IMG/VR virus record: IMGVR_UViG_3300021431_004083
Location: 160,001-224,000 of that record
DNA length: 64,000 bases
Reading direction: 5' to 3' (one strand)
Origin: a virus
Taxonomy: Duplodnaviria > Caudoviricetes
Positions within the stretch are counted from its first letter, which is position 1. Every line of letters begins with the position of its first letter. The position numbers and the translations under genes were made by a program. Positions 18,515-28,861 of this stretch are shown piece after piece. The notes under the pieces were generated by a model. It worked only from the letters and a program-made list of their open reading frames with translations. It did no database searches and had not been told where the DNA came from.

Positions 18515-20962
18515 TCACTTATGCCACGCAACAGTAAAGACAATACGTCCAATTTCTTCATCCGAAATGGCATTAGACTGAATTGCCACATTCGCATCAT
18601 ACAACAGACAAATATGGTCATTGCCATTAATAGTACTAAAGACAGACGTATTGATACCATCTGAAACGTTATCGCCGTTTAGCTCAAAACCATACTGTTT
18701 CGTATCAACCGGAACTTTGGTAAAGTCCGTATTAAAATCGACAACAGACCATTTATCTGTTTGAATCTCAGCATTGGTAATGTCAACCTGACCGTTACTT
18801 AAGTTACTTATCTGAGCATTATCAGCTACTGTTACATTATTGTTACTGTCCACGTTAACAGGAAGCACCGTAGGAACTGTAACCTTAAGATTAGCCGGGT
18901 CATAATCGAGAACCACAATAGCCTCTTTAGAACCGCCTGATTCAGTAATAGGGTCGAGAACATTAAGAGTAATAGAATTACGTCTTGCATACTCAATAAC
19001 ATTTGTATTAGTTACAGGAGTGGTAATTGACATATTATCATTGCCATAAAAAGCATATTTATTTGTGATTCTTACATCACCACCAAGTTTTATATCACCT
19101 TCAACAGCCCCACCAGACAATAAAGGAGTGTCAATATTTGTTAGATTTTCACCTAATACAAAATTGCCAATTGTATCATAACAAAAAGCTAAACTATCTA
19201 TTTGAGACAATGAATGATTGTTTAATACTACCTCTGGAATGTATCCAATGTCTGCAAAAGCCAATTCTCCGACCCATGTTACCGACTGTGGTATAGTAAT
19301 TGTAGAGTTTGCCAAACCATTACAATGATTAAATGCTCTATCTCCAATTTCAACAACAGATTCTGGAATTATTATTTGAGATATATTTGAACAATTTTCA
19401 AATGCCCCATCGCCAATATGTGTTACATTGTTTCCTATTGTTATTGAATCAAATCGGCAGGTAGCGAATGCCCACCCTCCAATATCAGTAACTGAATCTG
19501 GAATAATAAGATTACCAGCTAAGGGATAAGAAAAGGCATGTTCTCCGATAGTTTTAACATTATTTCCTAAAATTAATCCTGTGTAATTGGTTGGGTAAAA
19601 AGCTCTTTCACCAATCTCGACTACGGAATCAGGGATAACTAATAATCCAGTCAAACTATCGCAATTCGCAAAAGCCCATCTCCCGATTTTGACAACAGAA
19701 TTAGGGATATTAACTGAATTAAGATTGGTACAATCTTGAAAAGCAAATTGACCTATTGAAATAACGGAGTCAGGAATTACGACACTTGTCAAATCTGAAC
19801 AGTATTCAAAACCACTTACACTAAGAATTGGTTTTCCGTTATATGTATCCGGCACAACTACTCTTCCACTAAGACTTGAAGAACCATCCTCACGATTCGG
19901 ATAAATAGAATATCCATCTAAATATCCATAGCCACACCAAGAAACACCGTTATCATCTGTAAAAGAAATTTCATCTGTTTGAACTGACTCGCTTTCTTTT
20001 GTCGAAGCTATTCCCAAAGATTCAGGAAAAGCCTTAATACCTATTTCTTCTACAGAATTTGGAATTGAAACAGAAGACAATCTACTACAATTATAAAAAG
20101 CGTAATCATCAATTGTTTTTAAACCTTCATTAAATTCCACCCCTTCTAAATTCTCACATCCCCAAAAAGCTGAACTCCCTATCTTAGTTACTGATTGAGG
20201 AATAATTAAAGTTCCAGACAATGAAGTTAAATACCTAAATGCTCCGCCACCAATTTCAACGACAGAATTTGGAATTTCAAGGGATTCAATATTCTTACAA
20301 TAAGCAAAAGCACTAATCCCTATTTTTTGAACATTATTTCCTAATCGAACTCTGGTCAAACCAGAACAATTAGAAAAAGTCTGAGAACCAATTTCTATCA
20401 TTCCATTTCCTATAATAACTTCTTCAAGAGCTAAGTTATCACCAAGATTTCTTCTTTCTATTTTCTTTAACCCGTCGCCAAAATCGATTTTAGACAATGA
20501 AGAACAATCCTGAAACAAATAGTCTCCAATACTTTTTAAGGTATCCGGAAATTCAATACTTGTCAATTTCGAACATTCTCTAAACGCATACAATCCGATT
20601 GATTGTAAACTATTGCTTAAATCAATACTCTCTAAATTAGTACAACATTCAAAAGCATGTTGTCCAATACTGGTTACCGAATCGGGAATTGTTATTGATG
20701 TCAACCCATCACAATTACTGAATGCATACTCAGATATAGACGTGATAACCTTATTATTATAAGTTTCAGGCAATACAATGTTGCCACTAATGGAATCTCT
20801 ATCAATTGGATAAATAGCCCATCCCGGATAAGATTCAACTAAACCCCAACTGATTCCATTACCATCGACAAAAGTTTCAGCACGTCCCGTCACAACACCC
20901 ACAACTATCAATGACAGAACCACCATTATGACTAAACCTATACTTACAATTCTTTTTAACAT
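18515..20962 (-). CDS. BspA-type LRR surface protein with shared ~130-aa C-terminal domain
   Basis: Signal peptide; many IPDSVTSIG..AF..C..L repeats; C-terminal NLKVTVPTVLPV...IVFTVAWHK. Confidence 0.9.
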   Translation of the reverse strand: MLKRIVSIGLVIMVVLSLIVVGVVTGRAETFVDGNGISWGLVESYPGWAIYPIDRDSISGNIVLPETYNNKVITSISEYAFSNCDGLTSITIPDSVTSIGQHAFECCTNLESIDLSNSLQSIGLYAFRECSKLTSIEFPDTLKSIGDYLFQDCSSLSKIDFGDGLKKIERRNLGDNLALEEVIIGNGMIEIGSQTFSNCSGLTRVRLGNNVQKIGISAFAYCKNIESLEIPNSVVEIGGGAFRYLTSLSGTLIIPQSVTKIGSSAFWGCENLEGVEFNEGLKTIDDYAFYNCSRLSSVSIPNSVEEIGIKAFPESLGIASTKESESVQTDEISFTDDNGVSWCGYGYLDGYSIYPNREDGSSSLSGRVVVPDTYNGKPILSVSGFEYCSDLTSVVIPDSVISIGQFAFQDCTNLNSVNIPNSVVKIGRWAFANCDSLTGLLVIPDSVVEIGERAFYPTNYTGLILGNNVKTIGEHAFSYPLAGNLIIPDSVTDIGGWAFATCRFDSITIGNNVTHIGDGAFENCSNISQIIIPESVVEIGDRAFNHCNGLANSTITIPQSVTWVGELAFADIGYIPEVVLNNHSLSQIDSLAFCYDTIGNFVLGENLTNIDTPLLSGGAVEGDIKLGGDVRITNKYAFYGNDNMSITTPVTNTNVIEYARRNSITLNVLDPITESGGSKEAIVVLDYDPANLKVTVPTVLPVNVDSNNNVTVADNAQISNLSNGQVDITNAEIQTDKWSVVDFNTDFTKVPVDTKQYGFELNGDNVSDGINTSVFSTINGNDHICLLYDANVAIQSNAISDEEIGRIVFTVAWHK

Positions 20963-21080
20963 AAAAACCTTTCCTTTCTTTTTAAAAATCATTTCATATA
21001 TACAAAACCTCTCATAAAAATATAAGCCCACCATCAAAACAACAATAAGTTTCAACGGCAGGCTTAAACATCAAATTGTA

Positions 21081-22667
21081 TCACTTATGCCATGCGACAG
21101 TAAATACGATTTGACCGATATCCGAACCATCAATCGCTTCACTTTGAATTGCGACATTCGCATCATACGGCAACGCCATACTGTCGTCACCGTTAATCGT
21201 ATCGAAATTATCCAAAGCAATCGTTCCGTTATTCTGAGCAACAGTATTTTTCAACTTAAAACCATACTGCTTTGTATTAACAGGAACCTTTGTAAAATCA
21301 GTACTAAACGGAACAATAGACCATTCATTTTGACCTGACAGAGTACAACCTGTCACGTCAACCTGACCGTTACTTAAATTACTCACCTGAGCGTTATCGG
21401 CTACTGTCACATTATTATCGCTGTCAACATTAACGGGAAGCACTGTAGGAACGGTAACCTTAAGATTAGCTGTATTATAATCAAGCGTTACGATAGATTT
21501 ACCGTTATTTCCGGATACTAATATTTCATTCTCAGCAATAGGTTCAGGCGCACGCATAATAACATAGGGAATAGGCTTAGATACAGAATAACTATGCTGA
21601 GTCGGACTATACGGGTCGTCTTCAAATACATATTCTTCGATATAATCTTCATATGCATCACAATAATCTATTACTTGACTCGCCGTTTCGTATGTATAAA
21701 CTGTAACTACAGTCGTATAATGATATGTCATCCCGTCGTTTTCTGACTTAAAAACACTAAAAGCATCCTTACCAATAGTAGTTACGTGATCTGAAAGAGT
21801 AATCGAAAGTAGATTGGAACAATTGTAAAATGCCGATTGACCAATTGTGGTCACGGAATCAGGAATTGTCACCGAGGTCAGAGATTCGCAATCAGAAAAC
21901 ATCGCTTTACTAATCTCAGTAACGCCATCGGGAATTTTTATTGATGTGAGTGATTTACAACCAAAAAACGCCCATCCACCGATACTCGTGACGGAATCAG
22001 GAATCGTCACCGAGGTCAGATTATCACAACCATCAAATGCCTGAACACCAACAGATGTTACGCCATCGGGGATTGTTATTGATGTGAGTGATTTGCAATC
22101 TTTAAACGCCGTATAACCAATAGAAGTTACGGAATTAGGAATTGTCACCGAAGTTAAAGATTTACAACGAGCAAACATCGAATCACCAATCGAAGTTACG
22201 CCATCGGGGATTGTTATTGATGCAAGAAGGTAACAAGAACTAAATGCCGCCGAACCAATAGAAGTCACGGAATTAGGAATAGAAATGGTCGTCAGGTTAT
22301 TGCAACCAAGAAACGCCTCATTACCAATCGAAGTTACGGAATCAGGAATCGTCACCGATGTGGCATATCTACAGTGAAACGCGCTATTACCAATATGCGT
22401 AACACCATCTTCTATAACAATGCGCCGCACCTTATTCTGGTCCAAATTAACTGTATACCACGGAGCATACCCAGTAAAAGTATAATCAGTCATAGCACCA
22501 GAACCGCTAATAGTAAGAACACCATCACTATCAAGCGTATAAGTAAGATTATCACCGCAGGAACCTTGCTGAACAATAGTCGCCGCGCTTACATTAACAA
22601 CACCGACAGTCATCAATGACAGCACCATCACCAACGCAACCATCAGACTTACAATTTTCTTAAACAA
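21081..22667 (-). CDS. BspA-type LRR surface protein with the same C-terminal domain
   Basis: Signal peptide; GSCGDNLTYTLD cap; LRR_5-type repeats; C-terminal NLKVTVPTVLPV...IVFTVAWHK. Confidence 0.9.
   Translation of the reverse strand: MFKKIVSLMVALVMVLSLMTVGVVNVSAATIVQQGSCGDNLTYTLDSDGVLTISGSGAMTDYTFTGYAPWYTVNLDQNKVRRIVIEDGVTHIGNSAFHCRYATSVTIPDSVTSIGNEAFLGCNNLTTISIPNSVTSIGSAAFSSCYLLASITIPDGVTSIGDSMFARCKSLTSVTIPNSVTSIGYTAFKDCKSLTSITIPDGVTSVGVQAFDGCDNLTSVTIPDSVTSIGGWAFFGCKSLTSIKIPDGVTEISKAMFSDCESLTSVTIPDSVTTIGQSAFYNCSNLLSITLSDHVTTIGKDAFSVFKSENDGMTYHYTTVVTVYTYETASQVIDYCDAYEDYIEEYVFEDDPYSPTQHSYSVSKPIPYVIMRAPEPIAENEILVSGNNGKSIVTLDYNTANLKVTVPTVLPVNVDSDNNVTVADNAQVSNLSNGQVDVTGCTLSGQNEWSIVPFSTDFTKVPVNTKQYGFKLKNTVAQNNGTIALDNFDTINGDDSMALPYDANVAIQSEAIDGSDIGQIVFTVAWHK
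21840..22360. repeat. Near-identical intragenic LRR-coding repeats (69-bp units)
   Basis: Recurrent GTTACGCCATCGGGGATTGTTATTGATG and GGAATCAGGAATCGTCACCGA blocks. Confidence 0.75.
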
Positions 22668-22752
22668 TTTATTAACCTCCTTTTTATAACACTAAAGCCT
22701 ACCACTATGGGGTTCCTGTACCACCAGTGGTAGGCTTTTTGATTACATTACT

Positions 22753-23319
22753 TTACGCAGTATGCCAAGCACAAGTGAAGATTACATTAGCAATCTGACC
22801 GGCGTCGATAGCCTCAGACTGAACCGCAAAGTCACCGGCGTAAGGCAGCGGCAGAGAATCATTACCGTCAATGGTAGTCCACGCGGAACCCAAAGTCAGG
22901 TCCACAGAAGTACCCGCGCCGAAGTTATCACCGTTAAGAGTCATAGTGAACTGCTTCGAATCAACGGGAACCTTAGTAAAATCGGTACCGTTAGCAACGA
23001 TTTCCCAACCATTTACAGTATCTGCGTGTACAGCAGTAACGTCAACCTGACCGTTGGACAGATTCTGGATTTCCAGATTATCGGCAACCGTTACATTGCC
23101 ATCGCTGTCAACTGCATACGGAATAACTGTAGGGACAGTCACACGGAAATTAGCGCCGTGGTCAACAACACCGTCATTATCGGTATCCGTACCATATGTA
23201 AGCTCTACACGTGTAGTATCAGAACCGCCCGGTGTGGTGATTTCAGCGCTGGCACTCGCGACAGCAACCGATGCAAGCATCGCAATCGCCATCACAAACG
23301 CAGCAATTTTCTTAAACAT
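22753..23319 (-). CDS. Secreted stand-alone copy of the shared domain (putative major subunit)
   Basis: Signal peptide + NFRVTVPTVIPY...TDFTKVPVDSKQF...VIFTCAWHTA; very strong RBS. Confidence 0.85.
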   Translation of the reverse strand: MFKKIAAFVMAIAMLASVAVASASAEITTPGGSDTTRVELTYGTDTDNDGVVDHGANFRVTVPTVIPYAVDSDGNVTVADNLEIQNLSNGQVDVTAVHADTVNGWEIVANGTDFTKVPVDSKQFTMTLNGDNFGAGTSVDLTLGSAWTTIDGNDSLPLPYAGDFAVQSEAIDAGQIANVIFTCAWHTA

Positions 23320-23531
23320 AACAAAACACTTTCCTTTCCTCCCCAGACAGGGGATAATTTATGCTTTAGCACAAAAAGGACATTTACGCATTGTGCCCAA
23401 TAGCCATAACTTTATCAACACCTATACTAACGCAAAACTAACAAAAAGTCAAGCGTTTTTGGAAAAAAGTACAAAAAAATCAACAACAAAATTTCAATCT
23501 CGACTCATCAAATAAATCCCATTCTTTTTTA

Positions 23532-24032
23532 TCAACCGTCACTTTTAGCAATCGTAAACACAACATGGCCGATATCCATATCGCTGAATGTCGTCGACTG
23601 CACAGCAATGCGAGCATCATAATTAAATAATAAAGAACTATTTGCCTCAATTAAAGGAAAAGCTTCCCACAAGTCGCACAAACAGCGATGGTCTTTATTA
23701 TAAAAATCAACACCATTGAGCATAAAACCATATTGTTTTGTGTCTACGGGAACTTTCTTAAAATCAGTATCCATAGCTACTACATGCCAATCGTCTGAAG
23801 GATTCAATACAACAGCGTCAACTTGTACATCATAATCACTCTCATTAATAATTGCCACACGATTCGCCACAGACGTCGTACCGTCGCTGCTAACCGCTAC
23901 AGGTAATACTGAGGGAACGGTCACTTTCATCGCCAAGGCGTCCCCATCTGCGGCAGAGACAGGAAAAAGCGCAAAGGCCAAAACGATAAAGGTGATGAGA
24001 AGTACAGTAAGAAAACCTTTTATAATCGACAT
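23532..24032 (-). CDS. Secreted stand-alone copy of the shared domain (minor subunit)
   Basis: Signal peptide + MKVTVPSVLPV...TDFKKVPVDTKQYGF...VVFTIAK. Confidence 0.8.
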   Translation of the reverse strand: MSIIKGFLTVLLITFIVLAFALFPVSAADGDALAMKVTVPSVLPVAVSSDGTTSVANRVAIINESDYDVQVDAVVLNPSDDWHVVAMDTDFKKVPVDTKQYGFMLNGVDFYNKDHRCLCDLWEAFPLIEANSSLLFNYDARIAVQSTTFSDMDIGHVVFTIAKSDG

Positions 24033-24087
24033 AAAAAACCTTTCCTTTTCTAAAAAAGGGAGCCGGAAAACCGACCCCCTCTAACAA

Positions 24088-24684
24088 TCAATTCAAAACA
24101 TGAATCACGATATCGGCGCCTGCGGTACCCACAATATTATCATTGTCATCAATAGCGTTAAAACCAACCCATGCTTTATGGTCACCTTTCGACAAATCCA
24201 TATTCAATTTAACATTGTGGATTTTACCGCCAACAGGGATTTTACCTGAACGATAAATCAATTGATTCTTATTGATTTTACCATCAGAACCCTTGAGATA
24301 GACCTCTATCACCTGCGGACGTGTGTTTGACACATCATTCTCAAGCTGTAAATTACCTTTAGATGAACCGTCCTTAAACACAGGGTCGGCGTTAACAGAT
24401 ATCGTTATCATACCATCGGCAACCTTTTGATTTAACGCGTCTACATCAGCTCTGTATTTATCCTCATCCCACTCCACATTCTCGTCCCACGGAATATGGT
24501 TTCTGTCGTCAAATTGACAATGACAATTACATGGTCTGAACCAAGCTAAGATGATAGCCGCGATTATCAAACAGATAACCAAAACACGATATATAATGAC
24601 AACATTGCGTTCTTTCTTAGACATCACGTTGCCATATTCATCGTAATATACTTTTTTATTTACTACAGTGACTTCGTCATGCAC
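24088..24684 (-). CDS. Membrane-anchored beta-rich protein in the surface cluster (assembly factor candidate)
   Basis: N-terminal TM, RPCNCHC, then NADPVF...GNLQLEN..SN...IYRSGKIP. Confidence 0.7.
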   Translation of the reverse strand: MHDEVTVVNKKVYYDEYGNVMSKKERNVVIIYRVLVICLIIAAIILAWFRPCNCHCQFDDRNHIPWDENVEWDEDKYRADVDALNQKVADGMITISVNADPVFKDGSSKGNLQLENDVSNTRPQVIEVYLKGSDGKINKNQLIYRSGKIPVGGKIHNVKLNMDLSKGDHKAWVGFNAIDDNDNIVGTAGADIVIHVLN

Positions 24685-24719
24685 ACAACAGCCCTCCTTT
24701 AAAAATCAATCAAGATTGA

Positions 24720-24947
24720 TTATTCGCCTGTCGGCGTTTGAATGGGGGCTGTCGGCGCGACAGAAGTCGTAGAAACAGAACTGTATGCCTGTTGCGCTTT
24801 CTTCTCGCAATCACAATTGCACGGTTTGAATAAAAGAATCAAAACAACGGCAATCAAACCGAGAAGCGCAACAATACGATACGCCCATGTTTTCTTTTTC
24901 GCCTTCTTGATCTCGTCCTGAGGAACCAAATTTTTGTTATCTGACAC
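24720..24947 (-). CDS. Small TM protein, paralogous to N-terminus of the next gene
   Basis: YRIV...FKPCNCDC vs YRVL...FRPCNCHC. Confidence 0.7.
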   Translation of the reverse strand: MSDNKNLVPQDEIKKAKKKTWAYRIVALLGLIAVVLILLFKPCNCDCEKKAQQAYSSVSTTSVAPTAPIQTPTGE

Positions 24948-25188
24948 TTACAATCTCTCCTTTGTTTTAATAATAATAAATTCATATTTGAATTCAAAAA
25001 AAGCTTGAATCCGTATGACAAAATAATTATATCATACTGTTTTAAGAATTGCAAGTATTTTTAACAAAAATATACAATTTTTTTATTCAACTTTTTTAAT
25101 CAAATACCATGACACGGCTGACACAAACAAATTTCTCATAGAATTAAGTATAACACGAAAATACATGAAAAACAACCAACGTTTCACA

Positions 25189-25224
25189 AAAAAAAAAGGA
25201 ACCCCCGTAAAACGGGGGTTCCGA
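25189..25224 (-). terminator. Rho-independent terminator
   Basis: GGAACCCCCGT-TTT-ACGGGGGTTCC + T run on minus strand. Confidence 0.9.
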
Positions 25225-25241
25225 TAAACTTTATCTTTCAA

Positions 25242-26339
25242 TCAATAAGTGGCACTCCACACGACAGCTTCACCAAAATGATTATACGAAACAGATGTCT
25301 CATTTGACCACTCACGGCATTGAGCATACCATTCGTCCGCTTTTTCATTAAGTATATTTTCCGTAACCTGCGGAACGTGACGCTCGCCCCAAGAAAAACT
25401 ATAAGTCAATGAAGAGTAAGCGCATGCCGCAGCATCATGTGCGTCCGAAAGTGCTAAATTCTTATACCCCTCAAGACTGCTATTGTGACCGACACCTCTG
25501 ATGATAGCCTCAAGCTGCACATCGAGATCATACCAATGTCTATAACTGCTGCAAGTATTGCAAGTATCGGCAAATTTCATCAGCTCGATACCATTTGCTC
25601 CGGTCCAACCGAGTAAACCGATACCGAGACAATAATGCACTGCACCGTATTCATCAGTATAAGAAAAGGCGTCTTTGTTGATGTAAAAACCGTAACTGTC
25701 AAACAAACGTTCACAATACGCGTCAAGAGCGTCCTTATCCAAATTAGACAACCGCGCGTCATAACCGTTATATAACAACTGTTTTATATACGGGTCAAAC
25801 GCATAATTATCAACAGTACCGTCAGTTTTGCCGGATACTGTACTGATATAAGAACCCTCAATTGCGTTAGGAGACATTGACGAATTCATGTCCAAAACAG
25901 CTAACAAGCCCGCAATATGTATATCATCAAGACCGTAAGCCTTGAATGTATCATAACACAAACAAGCGTTTTCCATCAATGTAGACGGCTGTGAATCGTC
26001 GACAGTAGCTAAAGGAACAGGCTGACCGACATGGCAAAACGACGGAAGGTTCATATTCACAATGTGACGTTGAATAAATGTCGCGTCAATAACGGACAAA
26101 GTATCATCACCGTCAACATCACCGAGAACATACGCTGTTTCCAAAGACTCAACCAAACGAGAAACGTCAACGTCGATAGTCAATCGTTGTATAACGGTAA
26201 CGTCACAGGCGTCAACAGTACCGTCGTTTGTAACATCGCCCGAAAAACCATAACGAACAACTCTTGCCGACGACGGTAACACACAAAGAATAGATAATGC
26301 AACAACCATACACAAAAACAAACTAACAAACCGTTTCAT
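25242..26339 (-). CDS. Dockerin + phage-tail-lysozyme-like domain protein
   Basis: Dockerin repeats; YGLDDIHIAGLL...SSMSP, GIGLLGWTG, WYDLDVQL. Confidence 0.7.
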   Translation of the reverse strand: MKRFVSLFLCMVVALSILCVLPSSARVVRYGFSGDVTNDGTVDACDVTVIQRLTIDVDVSRLVESLETAYVLGDVDGDDTLSVIDATFIQRHIVNMNLPSFCHVGQPVPLATVDDSQPSTLMENACLCYDTFKAYGLDDIHIAGLLAVLDMNSSMSPNAIEGSYISTVSGKTDGTVDNYAFDPYIKQLLYNGYDARLSNLDKDALDAYCERLFDSYGFYINKDAFSYTDEYGAVHYCLGIGLLGWTGANGIELMKFADTCNTCSSYRHWYDLDVQLEAIIRGVGHNSSLEGYKNLALSDAHDAAACAYSSLTYSFSWGERHVPQVTENILNEKADEWYAQCREWSNETSVSYNHFGEAVVWSATY

Positions 26340-26376
26340 AATAAAACAAACTCCGCCTCTTTCACAGCCAAATCAA

Positions 26377-27603
26377 TCAACGAACAGAAATCTCAAAGTC
26401 CAACATCTCATTAACGCCCGAATAATGATAAGTCGGTGTCTCAGTATATCTATCGACGTCATTAACGGACAACGCTCTGCAATAATGATACTGCAACGGC
26501 GCATTTGCGTCACGAGAAACATCACGAATATTTGAACTGCACGAAACAATAAAAGACTTACGACCGGTACCATGGTCTCGATAACGAAGATACGCATCAA
26601 TAGATTTGAATAAAACACTATCATCACCGTTCTTTAATGCAGCCTCGACATCGTCACCATTATTCGTATAAAAATCACCATAAAACTGTGAACTATCATC
26701 ATCGGAACGATAACATGAATCAATAGAATCAAAATCAGAAACATCATATCCGAATTCATCCATAAATGATTTATAAGAACTCATATCAAATGAAAATACA
26801 GACGAACCATCACCGAAAAAAGACTTAGCATTACCGAAAGAAATAGGAGCATTAAAATCACACACAACAGCTTGCTGTCCGGCATATGCCTGACTGACCT
26901 GATTGTGATTGGACAGCCTCAAAGAATCTCCGTCACACCTAAAATACAAACTACTATATTGATGGCTGTCAACGGAAAAACAGAATAAATCTAAAGCATA
27001 AAGATTCTGCGACGTTGTGGCGGCGTATTCATCATCAGACAAAGTCTCATCAAAATAAGGACCTTCTTTTGAATCAACCTGCCATCCATTCGCCTCAGTC
27101 AAATGATACTTCTCAAAAAACCAATCGACAGAATCACGCGCGACTACATCATCACAAAAAGCACGCGCATCGTCGGCTGTCAATAAAAGACCGTTTATGT
27201 AAATAGTACCGTCACCAACTAAAGGCGTCGACAATTTATCAAAGCGTTCATTAGAACAACGCAACTCATCATTACCGTCATCACATTTGACAACAATCTG
27301 TTTTGTACCGATACCATAAGGAACAGTCAAACCCACAGTATAGCGCTGAATAAACGTAGCGTCAATAATGCTGACATAACCGTCACCATCAACGTCCGCG
27401 CCCAAGAAAGAAACAAAACTTCTTCCCATATTGACACAATACCGCTGAATAACAGTCACGTCAACAATATCCACATCGCCATCGGTATTAGCGTCGCCGA
27501 GAGGAACCGATACGTCGTTATCTGCCGCTGATGCGGGAACCACACCTACAGCACAAATGGTAAACAAAACGAAAACTAACAATAAACTAACAAACCTTCG
27601 CAT
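26377..27603 (-). CDS. Secreted N-terminal dockerin protein with unknown passenger
   Basis: GDANTDGDVDIVDVTVIQRY / ADVDGDGYVSIIDATFIQRY; passenger start similar to 4362..5606 (GD...NG...AD...C.D...D...F.EKY.L). Confidence 0.85.
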   Translation of the reverse strand: MRRFVSLLLVFVLFTICAVGVVPASAADNDVSVPLGDANTDGDVDIVDVTVIQRYCVNMGRSFVSFLGADVDGDGYVSIIDATFIQRYTVGLTVPYGIGTKQIVVKCDDGNDELRCSNERFDKLSTPLVGDGTIYINGLLLTADDARAFCDDVVARDSVDWFFEKYHLTEANGWQVDSKEGPYFDETLSDDEYAATTSQNLYALDLFCFSVDSHQYSSLYFRCDGDSLRLSNHNQVSQAYAGQQAVVCDFNAPISFGNAKSFFGDGSSVFSFDMSSYKSFMDEFGYDVSDFDSIDSCYRSDDDSSQFYGDFYTNNGDDVEAALKNGDDSVLFKSIDAYLRYRDHGTGRKSFIVSCSSNIRDVSRDANAPLQYHYCRALSVNDVDRYTETPTYHYSGVNEMLDFEISVR

Positions 27604-27668
27604 AAAAAACACACTCCTAAAATATTAATACACATATTATATGTCTATTGCGAAATATTGTCAACAAA

Positions 27669-27881
27669 TTATACCAAATGTTTTACAACCCAGTCATATG
27701 TAACAGACGGAACGGGCAAAACCGTATAAGAAAAAAGCTGAACGTAAGGATATCCATCGGATTTTAACTGATTTGCAAAGGCAACGGCCTCTTGTTTTTC
27801 GTTAAAATCTGTATTAATCCAAGGCTCACTCTCTGAAAAGCCTTTACCGTTTTTATCTCTGTACGCTACACCATAAAGCAT
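27669..27881 (-). CDS. Small hypothetical protein
   Basis: GGAGGTG RBS, 70-aa ORF. Confidence 0.65.
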   Translation of the reverse strand: MLYGVAYRDKNGKGFSESEPWINTDFNEKQEAVAFANQLKSDGYPYVQLFSYTVLPVPSVTYDWVVKHLV

Positions 27882-27936
27882 TGTTAAAACACCTCCGCAT
27901 TTCGCTCACATGCGTCACTCTAAATCCGAAAAACTT

Positions 27937-28740
27937 TTAAAAGCCATCGTGCTCAACAACTTTATCATTAACAGGATTTGAACGCTCACGAGATGCCTGA
28001 AATGTATCCTGCACTTCAGGAAACGCTTTATCAAAAACAGCATCACCATTCGCCAAACACATCGTTTGATGACCAACGCCCATAAACTCAAATGACTTAA
28101 GCTCAGCAAGCTCAATATCCGCTCTTACAACCTTACGGTCATATTCAGGTAGCTCGTCGATAAACTCATTGTCCATAGCACGATTCTCCTCTTGAACGCA
28201 CCGAACGAAACTCTGATATGACGGTGCTGAAAACCGACGGTTCAACTCATCCTGCACATTGTCTCTGGCTTTTTCTACAGCGCCTATTTTCATATCACGA
28301 ACAGCCGTCTCAGGTAAGTCTTGGAACCTGAGGGGATGTTGTAAAAACTGAGTGACAGCGTCATCAAACGAAACAACAGGACGCTGCGGGTTTGACCTGA
28401 CGTCACGAATAGCGGCACGCCACACACGCCTCTCAAATTCACTGTTATACAATAAAATATTATCGTCATAAACATAGACGTCGTCGTTTTGAGCATCATA
28501 AGCCGACTGATTGCCGACCGGACACAAAAAAGACTCCTCGTGCATAGATGACGTACCCTTGACAGGAGAATTAGGCTCCTCCCATGGGTGTTTCTTCAAA
28601 AAAGCATTTACTTTTGATATTGCCTGCGAAGCATGATTTGCGACAGCGCAATAAACGCTGCCAAAAGCAGTGCAAACATCATTGTCAACATCACCAAAAT
28701 TATAGCCCTTAACGATATACCAAAGTCTATTCTTTTCCAT
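27937..28740 (-). CDS. Hypothetical protein
   Basis: Long ORF, GAGGGG RBS, own TTGACG promoter. Confidence 0.75.
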   Translation of the reverse strand: MEKNRLWYIVKGYNFGDVDNDVCTAFGSVYCAVANHASQAISKVNAFLKKHPWEEPNSPVKGTSSMHEESFLCPVGNQSAYDAQNDDVYVYDDNILLYNSEFERRVWRAAIRDVRSNPQRPVVSFDDAVTQFLQHPLRFQDLPETAVRDMKIGAVEKARDNVQDELNRRFSAPSYQSFVRCVQEENRAMDNEFIDELPEYDRKVVRADIELAELKSFEFMGVGHQTMCLANGDAVFDKAFPEVQDTFQASRERSNPVNDKVVEHDGF

Positions 28741-28861
28741 ACAAACACAACCCCTCAATTCTATCTAAATACAATATATAACAAAACAAAAAATCCGTCA
28801 ATAAAAAAATAGAGCGCCGTTCTAAACGACGCTCCAATAAATCAAACAACAAAGGAAACAT

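Noticed and set aside
18515-22667. Diversity-generating retroelement TR/VR pair from duplicated 3' ends
   Set aside because: Differences are not adenine-specific, both copies are coding paralogues and no reverse transcriptase is in the window
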